Below the pieces are notes generated by a model. That model saw nothing but the letters and a program-made list of their open reading frames with translations. It had not been told where the DNA came from and did no database searches. 61,520 nt of DNA, from positions 191,688,739-191,750,258 of the forward strand of contig NC_068981.1 in the NCBI RefSeq assembly GCF_001194135.2. The letters run 5' to 3'. Each line of letters starts with the position of its first letter. The stretch's first letter is position 1. The DNA comes from Octopus bimaculoides. Lineage: Eukaryota. Shown in pieces: positions 1 to 10,554 of this stretch. Made by a program: the position numbers and the translations under genes.

Positions 1-65
<65 letters not shown>

Positions 66-91
66 GAAGAAGAAGAAGAAGAAGAAGAAGA
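1..91. repeat. Compound microsatellite (AAT)n followed by (AAG)n
   Basis: Read directly from the sequence. Confidence 0.98.
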
Positions 92-140
92 ACATTGAAA
101 AATACCTTAGGAATGACAACCCAGGTTCGAAAAATCACCA

Positions 141-188
141 AGACACCTGATGAAGGCTGGAGGGTATATCAGCCGAAATGTTATGTCT
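141..188 (+). ncRNA. Minimal type I hammerhead ribozyme motif of Penelope-like type (slightly decayed)
   Basis: Stem I 5' AGACAC 141-146; core CTGATGA 147-153; stem II GGCTG 155-159 / CAGCC 170-174; GAAA 175-178; 4-nt stem III ATGT (ACGT palindrome after a C>T change); stem I 3' TGTCT 184-188 pairs with AGACA. Confidence 0.75.
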
Positions 189-221
189 AATCCCTGAAAG
201 CATGGAAACATGGAAGTTAAA

Positions 222-383
222 CTCTGCAGAGTAGTTGGTGTTAGGAAGGCTATCCAGTTGTAAAAACCCTGCCAAAATAGACACAGTAGCTTAGGGTAGT
301 TTTCTACCTGGCTGGCTCCTGTCAACCATCCTACCCATGCATGCATGGAAGACAGATGTTATATGATGATGATGATGATGATG

Positions 384-385
<2 letters not shown>
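222..385 (+). mobile_element. RTE-LINE 3' end (family C), diverged, with (GAT)n tail
   Basis: gttaggaaggctatccagttgtaaaaac...catggaagacagatgtta then (GAT)n; matches the 3' UTR attached to the RTE ORF at 32.5-33.9 kb. Confidence 0.8.
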
Positions 386-433
<48 letters not shown>

Positions 434-959
434 ACACATACACAAGCATGCATGTACATACTATATATGTACACATATATATGTGAGTGTGTGTATGTGT
501 ATGTACATATCTATCTATCTTTTTATACGAAAGCAATAACCACAAAAGGAATGAAGCCAATACAGGAGGGACAAGTTTGAACAAATGTTGTATTAGTTTA
601 ACACTTAAAAAGAAAGGGAAGAGTTGATGTTTCACACAGTAGTCCATCAATTAACTCCTTAGCTAAGGAATACATAAGGAATACATAAGAAAGGAGCTAA
701 TTACAAGATCCTAACTAAAGATCTCACATTAATAACAGAGGGCAAATTATTAGATGCATTAAAACAGAGCAATGATTATTTAACTGGCAAGCAACATGAC
801 AGGAAGTTGTCGCTCGTGCATTGGCCAGCAATGATTATTTTAACCTAAATCTCCTACTAAAGCTGATTGCTAGATGTAACAGTTTAACAGACTACTCGAT
901 GAAATAATCCCTGATAAAGATCATTTCCCTATCACTGAATAGAACTGTCTCCAATTTGA

Positions 960-1240
960 GCTAATGTGACTGTCTTGTGCATGGTTCCTTGACTTGCTAA
1001 AAATAGCAACTGAATTTACTTTAAATTACACCCTATCATCTCAGAGAAGGCGATATACATTGGATAAGGTAGTCTTATATGCACTATTCCTGAAAAGAAA
1101 AGTAAAGTAGGATGCTTGTTCTAAGTTGGAATACCTTTGAACATAAACTTATTCAATCAGAGCTGACCTAGTGTTAAACAACAACTTGTTTATAAGTTAG
1201 TAATAAGAATAATAATAATAACAACAACAACAACAACAAC
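960..1240 (+). mobile_element. Old dispersed repeat (family E), SINE-like, (AAC)n tail
   Basis: Shared core (gacttgctaaaaatagc...attacaccct...cattggataa...gctgaccta...aacaacaac) recurs near 19060-19230, 20560-20640, 23020-23140, 26050-26120, 28360-28620, 28830-28980, 40450-40720, 51560-51600 and 52900-52990. Confidence 0.6.
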
Positions 1241-1288
1241 AACAATAATAATAATAATAATAATAATACAAAAAAAAAATTAAAACCG

Positions 1289-1975
1289 GAAACAAAGGCT
1301 CTAATCTGTGCTGCCTAAGAGCAAGCATTAAGAACCAATTACATCAAATGCAGAATAGACAACACATCAAAAGGTTATAAGTGCAGAATTTGTGGACAAA
1401 ATGGTGAAACTATAAGGCATATTATCAGTCAATGTACGCCACAGGCCTAGAAAGTATATGAAAAGTCATGACAATATAGCAAAGATTGTCCATTGGACAC
1501 CTTGCAGCAAGTTTAGACTTGACAGAGCAAAAAAATGATAATGCAAAGATCCTATGGGATTTTATGATTCAGTGTGACCATGGCATAGAGAATAGGAAAC
1601 TAGACATAGCAAACAAAGCCGGATCATAGATATAGCATGCCCAGCTGACAACAAGGTATGCGATAAGGAAGAAAGGAAAGTCGATAGATGTGACAGGTTA
1701 GCTTGGGAGGTTAAGCAGTTGTGGTCGATGGAAAAGGTGGTAGTAGTACCAATAATTGTTGGAGCCCTGGGAACAGTGAGTAAAAATCTTGAGAAGTACA
1801 TGGAACAAATAGGGGCTGCAATAAAAGTGGAGCACATGCAGAAAACAACACTGCTTGGAACCGCTCGAATACTCCGGAAGGTGCTTGAAAGATAAGGGGT
1901 GTTACCTTAGTTCACTGGTAGTGAACAGCTGACACTGTAGTACATCTCCAGCGTTAGAAGCTGTGCAAAGACAAT
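1289..1975 (+). mobile_element. R4/Dong-clade non-LTR retrotransposon, 3' fragment (CCHC knuckle plus REL endonuclease), frameshifted
   Basis: CRICGQNGETIRHIISQC at 1382-1435; KILWDFMIQCDH; IIDIACPADNKV; VVVPIIVGALGTV; LLGTARILRKVLER* (stop 1893-1895); short 3' UTR ending in (AAT)n; (AAT)n on both flanks. Confidence 0.85.
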
Positions 1976-2001
1976 AAATAATAATAATAATAATAATGAT
2001 G

Positions 2002-2071
<70 letters not shown>

Positions 2072-2290
2072 TAATCCTTTCTACTGGAAGCACAAGGCCT
2101 CAGATTTGGGTGAAGGGATTAAGTCTATTACATTGACCCCAATGCATAATTGGTACTTAATTAATTGACCCCAAGAGGATGACAGGCAATAGTCGACTTC
2201 AGCAACATTTGAACTCAGAACGTGAGACAGATGAAATACCACTAAGCATTTCACCTGGCATTCTAATGATTCTGCCAGCTCGCCACCTTA
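2072..2290 (-). mobile_element. SINE family D (tRNA-like head, conserved central gcctttcatcc...gataaa...agtacc domain, (ATT)n tail)
   Basis: Reverse complement matches the well-preserved copy at 43165-43378. Other copies: 2472-2669(-), 3125-3365(- fragments), 18245-18830(+), 30195-30570(+), 30830-30980(+), 31490-31650(+), 39120-39290(+), 47690-47830(+), 55860-56065(+), 58870-59010(+). Confidence 0.85.
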
Positions 2291-2312
2291 GATGATGATG
2301 ATGATGATGATG

Positions 2313-2418
2313 ATCAGGAAAGTATTAGATAGCTAAAAAGAACAGATAATATGGTACTGTAGGCTGCAGACAGCAAGCCCGCTATGCATGCAAGACTCCA
2401 GGAGTTCCAACAAAACTG

Positions 2419-2473
<55 letters not shown>
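2313..2473 (+). mobile_element. Extreme 3' end of a second R4/Dong-like element
   Basis: IRKVLDS* (stop 2334-2336) parallels ILRKVLER* of the 1289 copy; about 90-nt UTR then (AAT)n. Confidence 0.55.
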
Positions 2474-2474
<1 letters not shown>

Positions 2475-2685
2475 CCTTTCTAGTATAAGCACAAAGCCTG
2501 AAATTTTATGGAGCAGATGCTGGTCAATTATATTGACCTCAGTGCTCAACTGGTAATTATTTCATCGACCTCAAACAGAGAAAAGGCAAGTTTGAATTCA
2601 AAATGTGAAGATTGACAAAACACTCAACAGCATTTTGTCTGGCATACTAACAATTTTGCCTGCTGCCTTAATAATGATAATAACA

Positions 2686-2830
2686 ATGGAAAAACTATTG
2701 AAATACAAAGATCTGGAAATAGAAATAACTCAAATGTGGGCCTTGAAAACAAACAATCTCTATAATAATAGGTGTTTTGGGAATGGTAAAAAAGACATGC
2801 AAACAAATACATAACCAAAACTCCAAAACT
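2686..2830 (+). mobile_element. R4/Dong-like REL C-terminal fragment
   Basis: MEKLLKYKDLEIEITQMWALKT, then frameshifted IIIGVLGMVKK; typical REL C-terminus. Confidence 0.7.
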
Positions 2831-2838
2831 TATGAATA

Positions 2839-2961
2839 CTCTGCCAAATCAGATTGGAGCCTGGTGTAGCCATCTGGTTTCACCAGTCCGCAGTCAAATT
2901 GTCCAACCCATGCTAGCATGGAAAGCGGACGTTAAACGATGATGATGATGATGATGATGAT
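2839..2961 (+). mobile_element. RTE 3' end (family C), well-preserved short copy
   Basis: ctctgccaaatcagattggagcctgg...gcatggaaagcggacgttaaac(gat)n. Confidence 0.9.
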
Positions 2962-3723
2962 ACATACAGAAAATAACACCATGCACATTTTATGTAGAGC
3001 ACTTTCAGTCATGTAAAAATAATAACACCAAAACAAACCACAGTACATACCCAAGACACACGGAGCTGTGCTCAGTAGTGCAGAGAAACCATACAATAAA
3101 AATAAGACTGAATGATAATAATTATGGTTTCAAATTTTGGCACAAGATCAGTAATTTTTTTAGTGAGAAGGAGTTAGTCAATTACATCAACCCCAGTGCT
3201 TGACTGGTACTTATTTTATTGACCCCCACCCCAGATAATAATAATAATAATAATAATAATAATTCCTTCTATAGGTACAAGGCCTGGAATTTTGTGGGGA
3301 GTGGCTGCTTGATTACATCAACACCAGTGTTTGACAAGCACCTATTTTATCAACCCTAAAAGGTTGTCTGTCCAATAATATCAAAATGCTAAGATTTGTC
3401 CAGTAATATCAAATATATACTAAAATGGATCACAGACACAAACTGAAATATACAAAATAACATATGGAATTGTTATGTGACACATCAAACCATATGGCGT
3501 CCTAACTGAAACTTTTGTACAGGATTAATCCTGCATTGCTAACATAGGGCATAGGATGAGGTAGTGTTCTAGAAAATTTTCAAAGTAATTTCTGCCCCCT
3601 CCCCCACACACTCACACACACACTTATCTGTGTTTAAATATACATACATATATATATACATACATACACATATATATATGTGTGTGTCTCTATAATATAT
3701 ATGTATGTATGTATGTATGCATG

Positions 3724-3759
<36 letters not shown>

Positions 3760-3767
3760 CATACATA

Positions 3768-4678
3768 TGAGGTGCATCCCAAAAGTTCTGAGACTATTTT
3801 AGGAAAGATAGTTAGAGCTGTCCCAGATTATTGTAATTTTAGTATATCTTTGCTACACATCTAATAAATGGACCTGCCAACATTTGTTATTCCAGATTGA
3901 AGGAAATGGTTGTAACACCATTTTGAGCACACTCTGCCAAACACTGCTTGTTACAACCGACTAGTTGCATACTGCAAACTAGTCAAATTGAAGACAATTT
4001 GGAAACACACTATGCAATAAAATTTTGTGTTAAACTAGGCAAAAATACTACAGAAACCTATGAAATGCTCCCTTTAGCTAATGGATTAACTTTTCTGCTG
4101 GCACAAGAGGTTCTTGGATGGTACAGGGGAGATGAGAGATGATGAGAAGTGTGGGAGGTACGGGGACATCAAAATATCAGAACTGGTTGAGTAAATTTAC
4201 AATTTTCTGGATGAAGACCTTCAAGTGTTTATTAAAGACAGTAAGCATGCAGTTGGTGTGGTAGCTCTACACACAATCATTTAAGAAGATTTGAGCATAT
4301 GCATAATTTGTGCAAAGTTTGTTCCCAGTGTGTTCAGTAACGAGCATCCTGGTAACAAACTACTTGATAAAGATGGACATCAAAACTGTCCGTCACCCTC
4401 TCTTCAGTCCAGACCTTGCTCCCTGTGACTTTTGGCTGTTCCACAACCTGGAGGAGAAAGGTAGGGGCAGTTGTTTTAAAGACATTGTGAAGATGAAGGA
4501 AGCTGTGACAAGGGTCTTGGGCATTGTCACTTTGGAGGATTTCCATGAGGCCTTCATGAAGTGACTGGAGTGCTACAAGTGCACTGAAGTCAGAAGATCA
4601 TACTTTATAGATTAGAGTTTTGTATTTCTTCAAAATTAATAAATGTCTCCTTTGAACAATCTTCTGAAATACATCTTG
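3768..4678 (+). mobile_element. Mariner element, internally deleted, decayed
   Basis: N-terminal HYAIKFCVKLGKNTTETYEML; C-terminal HPLFSPDLAPCDFWLF; TA on both flanks (3766-3767, 4679-4680); degenerate TIRs differing mostly by transitions; the middle of the catalytic domain is missing. Confidence 0.85.
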
Positions 4679-4737
4679 TACATATTTGTATATAATTTTC
4701 AAATTTATCCCCTCTATTTCTCTTTTATTTATTTTTT

Positions 4738-5146
4738 TTCTCTTTTACTTGTTTCAGTCATTTGACTGCGGCCATGCTGGAGCACCACCTTTAGTCGAGC
4801 AAATCGACCCCAGGACTTATTCTTTGTAAGCCTAGTACTTATTCTATCGGTCTGTTTTGCCAAACCGCTAAGTTACGGGGATGTAAACATACCACCATTG
4901 GTTGTCAAGCGATGTTGGGGGGGGGGGACAAACACAGACACACAAGCACACACACACACACACACATATATATACATATATACGACAGGCTTCTTTTAGT
5001 TTCTGTCTACCAAATCCACTCACAAGGCTTTGGTCGGCCCGAGGCTATAGTGGAAGACACTTGCCCAAGGTGCCACGCAGTGGGAATGAACCCGGAGCCA
5101 TGTGGTTGGTAAGCAAGCTACTTACCACACAGCCACTCCTGCATCT
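4738..5146 (-). mobile_element. SINE A/B: tRNA-derived head A, (TA/TG)n linker, tail B
   Basis: Head with A box TGGCTGTGTGG and B box GGTTCA(G/T)TCCC, body ttgggcaagtgtctt, tail ending aaatgactgaaacaagtaaaaga. Other full copies: 24316-24700(+), 36815-37177(-), 56078-56475(+), 60210-60600(+). Confidence 0.9.
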
Positions 5147-5652
5147 ATGATACCTTCTCTGACATTTGTTTTACATTCTCACCCTCCCACTCACTATTTT
5201 CTTTTTTTTCCAGTCATTTTTTTTCTCATTTCCTCTCCCCCTCATTCTCTTTATCATACTCAAGCTTCCCAGCCCACCACTGTTGAAAGATGTAATGCAC
5301 ACGCTCTCTCTCTCTTTGCTCTCTCCTTCTCTCTTCCTCTCTCTCCGTTCTCACCCCCTCTCCCTACTTTTCTTTTTACATTAGAGAACATCAGAAATAG
5401 ACAAATTGTCTCCAGTAAAGAGAAAAATTTCTTTTGCTATTATCTACTTTGATTCATAAAATCAAATTTTTAGGGTGACTAATCAAGAATCATATATAGG
5501 AAAAAATGGTTTATTTTAACAGTAGATGTAAAGAGAAAAGATACCTATATATTTTTCTACCTACTGATACAAAATAGAATAGTTATTTAATATCATTTTC
5601 TGTATTTAGAATAGTTGTTTGATATTATTTTCTATTTGTGCACAGACCTGGC

Positions 5653-6355
5653 TAGGTGCAGGTGTGGTTATGCAGTTAAGAAGTTTGCTTCCTAATTGCA
5701 TGGTTCTCCATTCAGTTTCACTGTGTGACACTTCAGGCAAGTGTCTTCTACTATAGCCCTAGGCTAACCAAAAACTTATACGTGGATTTGGTAGACAGAA
5801 ACTGAAAGAAGCCCATCATGTACTCATCATCATCATCATCATCATTTAATGGCCATTGTCCATGCTGGCATGGACTGGACGGTTTGATTGGGGATGGCAA
5901 GCTGGAAGGCTACACCAAACTCCAGTCTGATTTGGTATGGTTTCTACAGCTGGATGCCTTTCCTAACACTAACCACTCCAAGAGTGTAATGGGGGGGGGG
6001 CTTCTACATGCCACCAGCATGGGTGCCATTTGCATGACACCAGTATCTGCCATGACAACAATTTTACTTGGCTTGATAGATCTTCCTCTCAAGCACAACA
6101 TAATACCAAAGGCTTCAGTCATTTGTCATTGTGTCTATGAGGTTCACTGTATGTATGTCTGTGTTTCTTTGTCTTCTTGACATTGTATGATAGGTGCAGT
6201 GTTGTTCATTTACAATATTTTACATAGACATGTCTGACGATATTACCTGGCTTGGAAACGGACGATGGTTGGCAATAAGAAGAGTACCCAGCCATAAAAA
6301 ATCTGTCTCAACAAACTCTGATCCATGCAAGCATGGAAAACTGAATATTAAAACA

Positions 6356-6391
<36 letters not shown>

Positions 6392-6392
6392 T
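5653..6392 (+). mobile_element. SINE A/F (head A with RTE-type tail F), interrupted by an antisense family C insertion at about 5823-6148
   Basis: Head A 5653-5818; antisense (CAT)n plus RTE 3' UTR; tail F resumes near 6150 and ends in (GAT)n. Uninterrupted A/F copies: 12265-12680 and 43810-44218. Partial: 9635-9945, 25365-25600. Confidence 0.75.
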
Positions 6393-6896
6393 CACATGGG
6401 GAAGTTTTGGGGAAACCTAAGAATCAACAAAACTAAAGAAAAACTCTCAGAACAGAGGATAAACTGAATGTTTTAAAATAAATTAATTTTTGTAAAGTTG
6501 ATTAAGATCGATCTTTTGTGTAATTACTACATGTAACACCTGCTGAAAAAAGAATTAGATGATCTTCCAGGTATTGTGAAAAACATCAATAAAGTTTTTG
6601 TGTCAGTTGAAGCTATAAAATGTAAATAAGTTCATGATTATATATGACATTTACTGGAAAAATCATATATTACTAAATTAGCTATTAGTAACAGGAGCAG
6701 TGTTTATAATGAATAACAATTAGCACAGCCAACTTAAATTTGATGTGTTGCTTAGATTGCCCTTAAACTGCTGTTAACCTCCAAAGATACCATCTTATGT
6801 TAACAACGCACACTAATTAAACACCAACTATATTAGCTGATGAAATGATCAACTTCACTGATGAATGGTACTACTACATCATGTGATTTCATTGTT

Positions 6897-7887
6897 TCAG
6901 TGGATCATCAGTGGCAGCCAGCCTTGCACCAAATACCAGAGCACCTCCTTGATCTTGGTCATCAACTTGACCTTGATGTTGTAGGCAGAGTGGTTGGTGT
7001 GTTTCTCATCTGCGCTCCTCACATAGTAATCCAAGGGATTACAATTAGGGGAATAAGGAGGCCAGAAATTGGGGCTGATGAAGTCAGAGAAATTCCGTAA
7101 CAACCACTTTTGACTATTTTTGGAAGTATGGCAAGGAGCTGAATCCTGCTGTCACATATATGGCCTTCCAATATCAACCATCTTCAGCCAGAGATTGACT
7201 ACGGTCTCCAACAGCCTTCTGAATTGAGCCAAAAGCCCTTTTCAAGGATGTGGGGATGAACTCCAGCATGCAGATACAGTCATAATGCCTGCTGTGTCCC
7301 CTTCTGCTTGCCATGGCTTTGTAGTCTCCATTGTAGTTGTCTTTATCACATATTATAGCCTTTAAAGCAGTGGTTCCTAAACTGTTTCAGGCTGCTGCCC
7401 CCTTGACACCCAAGCCACATTCCTAGCACCCCCCATCCCAACTAACCATCACAAACGTAGACCTCTTTCTGAAGCAAATTCAAAGCAACTGTATTTCACA
7501 AATAAAACTCAACCTAATGAACCCATTATTTTGTTGTTTTTACATGAATCGCTACCCCCATTATTGCCCCACTTTTCTTCAATGCCTCCTTGGAACTTTC
7601 CATACCCTCAGGGAGGCAATACTGGTCACTTTGGGAACCACTGCTTTACAGTGTCCATAGAACAGTGAACAGCAGTCATGATGTTGGCATTTTGACACCC
7701 AGCATGAATCATCATACTAAAGGTAACTTTTTCCCAATATTCAGTTAGCTTCCAGTCCTTCATGTCAGTTAACTTTTTTAACTACAATCTTTATGCTCTC
7801 CAATACTGTTGACTATTCCCCAATACATAAAGCTGTTCCTGTAAAAAAAAGAAGCAAAAAGTCATCAAACTTTGCTTGAATACCCTG
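6897..7887 (-). mobile_element. maT (DD37D-type) transposon derivative, one end truncated
   Basis: FWPPYSPNCNPLDYYV motif; 5' TIR cagggtattcaagcaaagtttga at 7865-7887 with TA flank; collinear with the 56845-57740 copy. Confidence 0.85.
7368..7643. mobile_element. hAT (Charlie-type) MITE, 276 bp, nested in the maT element
   Basis: TIRs cagtggttcctaaactg / cagtggttcccaaagtg (15/17); 8-bp TSD ctttaaag 7360-7367 / ctttacag 7644-7651; the maT sequence rejoins across it. Confidence 0.92.
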
Positions 7888-7975
7888 TATATGTACACAC
7901 ACACACACACATACATAACCATACATACATACATACATATATACATACATACATACATGCATACATATATACATA

Positions 7976-8323
7976 AGGGTAAAGGGGTAAAGACCCCCTT
8001 TGGTCATGAATGATCATAGGATTGCACCTAGAAAGTTACCCCCTGAGGCACAAGTCTGAGCAAGGTTGTTTATGGAAGACCAGTAGTCACCTGTGCATAC
8101 GAACCTCCTCTCTCCACACCACCGATGTTATCCAAAGAAAGGCAAAGGCTGATACAGCTTGACACCAGTGAGATCAGAACTCATTTCTACAGCTGAGTGA
8201 ATTGGAGCAATGTGAAATAAAGTGTCTTGCCCAAGAACACAGCACACAGCCTGGACCAAGAATCGAATTTTACCACATGATTGTGAGCCTGACACTCTAA
8301 CCACTGAGTCATGTACCTTCTAC
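7976..8323 (-). mobile_element. SINE family G (tRNA-like head, CORE/V-like domain, tttacc-type tail)
   Basis: Head tgactcagtggttagagtg; body gtgttcttgggcaagacactttatttcac...cactcagctg; a similar head/body with a different tail occurs at about 60696-60960(+). Confidence 0.75.
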
Positions 8324-8759
8324 ATGCATGCAAACATAGATATATATATATATAGATACATACATACATATAAATATTGTAGGAACAACAAAAATGTATA
8401 CTATCCAGTAAGAGATAAGTATTATCTGATGTACACAGTATTGGAATAAGTGCCACTAATGGTTTCATGACATGGAGACGCAGTAATTCAGTACACATAG
8501 TTAGGCTCATTACACATGGTTAGTCCTACTTGAAAACTAGATTACTGGGTCATGAGAAGAAAAAAACAAGAAGGTTGATGCAAAAGGTGGAATGAGAAGG
8601 CAAAAGGGTGAATAAAACAAACATGAAAGGAAAGAAAAGAAAGAAAAGAAAGAAAAGAAAGGTATCACCTTTATCTGTAAAAAATATAAAAGATCTTGTT
8701 GGCATAGAATAATTCAATGGTGAAGAGGCCAAAGTCTACAAGACAGTTACTCAATCTGA

Positions 8760-9400
8760 AAAGGAAAGTGTCCTCCAGTTTGACAAAAGAAATTTTTCTA
8801 TGTGCTTGCATTTGCTGAAAATTTCAGATCTAGAATTGTGTGGAATTCACAGATCTAAAAAGTATGTGCCATATTTCAGCTACACATAGCTTGCATTTCT
8901 ATGAGCAATTTACATATGGCAAAGATTTCTCCACAATTTTTCACTTGACTGTATGTATGTGTGTCTTCAGATTCCATATATGGCTAGCCAACTTCGTGGC
9001 TTTATTTTTGTCAATGTGTCAGAAAGAAAACTTGTGGTCTGCATAATGTATTTCAAAATTGCTTTCATATTAGCCAACATAATCTTTCTTTTTCATTACA
9101 TTATCTAGTAGCACTGTTGTGACTGATCTTATAATCGACTGAGTTTATCAAACACACCTGATCAAGTGAGTAAGCTTCAGAGTCTCAACAACTGAGAGTG
9201 GACTCTTGGTGTGGCTTGCAAGAGATAATGTCCTTCATATTTGTGCAGCAGATGTATGACATTTTTATTGAGTATCTATTAAAAATCTTTCTGTATTAAT
9301 GGTTTACTAAGAAATGCTCATCTAATAATGCCAGGAATTTCTAGCCAATGTTAGTTTTAACATTCTTTAACAAAATTGAAGAGGGGTAATATGTTGTTTT
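8760..9400 (-). mobile_element. Penelope-like element remnant (RT C-terminal linker plus GIY-YIG endonuclease)
   Basis: Minus-strand translation with stops and shifts: VKTNIG*KFLALLDEHF; KIFNRYSIKMSY; SVIY...YVG; HYADHKFSF; KATKLASHIWNLK; KCKLCVAE; RSEIFSKCKH. Confidence 0.8.
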
Positions 9401-9976
9401 CCTAGGTCTATTTTTAGGTTTCATATTTTTAATTGAAGGATTGTAAGATATATTTGAAGCTGCTGCTGACTAGGGCATTGTTATAGTAGGGGACTTGTTT
9501 ATGTCTCTATAACTTAGTGGTTTGGCAAAAGAGAGCAATAGAATAAGTAATGCTCCATCGTGGTTGCAGTCCAGTGACTGAACCTGGTGGAAACGTATAT
9601 TTATGCATATATTAAAATGCAGACATGATTATCTGGTCCTTAAGAAGTTTGCTTCTCAATCTCCTGGTGTGTGAGCATGTATGCATGTGTGTGTGTTTGC
9701 AACTCTTTGTCCTGATAATGAATGAAAGTTACAAACAAGTGCTACCGTCATACAAGTGATGACGTTTGTTTCCAATCTCCCATGAAAATATGTCTAGCTA
9801 TGGGGAAATAAGACCTTTTTTGTAACAAGTGAAAGCTTGGTGGCGGGAAAGTCATCTGCAAAATTTGCCCCAAGAAATCCCGTCAGACCCAACCAAGCAA
9901 GCAAACAAAAGTGAATGTTAAATGATAATGATGATGATGATGGGGATAATGGTATATGTACATTTAGACATGTATA

Positions 9977-10009
<33 letters not shown>

Positions 10010-10310
10010 NNNNNNNNNNNNNNNNNNNNNNNNNNNNNNNNNNNNNNNNNNNNNNNNNNNNNNNNNNNNNNNNNNNNNNNNNNNNNNNNNNNNNNNNNNN
10101 NNNNNNNNNNNNNNNNNNNNNNNNNNNNNNNNNNNNNNNNNNNNNNNNNNNNNNNNNNNNNNNNNNNNNNNNNNNNNNNNNNNNNNNNNNNNNNNNNNNN
10201 NNNNNNNNNNNNNNNNNNNNNNNNNNNNNNNNNNNNNNNNNNNNNNNNNNNNNNNNNNNNNNNNNNNNNNNNNNNNNNNNNNNNNNNNNNNNNNNNNNNN
10301 NNNNNNNNNN
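10010..10310. other. Assembly gap inside a (TA)n array
   Basis: 301 N flanked by (TA)n on both sides. Confidence 0.99.
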
Positions 10311-10345
<35 letters not shown>

Positions 10346-10554
10346 ACAATATATATACATACATATGTATGTATATAGCCTCTATTAATTTTATATTTGT
10401 GTGGATGTGTATGCTTGTGTGTCGATATTTTCATTCTCGTCTTCTCCAAGTTCCTCCAGATAAAGAAAGAAGAATTCTCAAAGAAAGTAAAGGAAGTTTA
10501 GAAGAGAAGGCAAGAAAAAAAAAAGGAAAAAGACGGATAGATAGAAAGAGATAG

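Noticed and set aside
8450-8497. Possible hammerhead downstream of the Penelope endonuclease (ctgaatta...catgaaac on the minus strand)
   Set aside because: Core deviates from CUGANGA, stem II does not pair, and the cleavage position is G; too degenerate to call.
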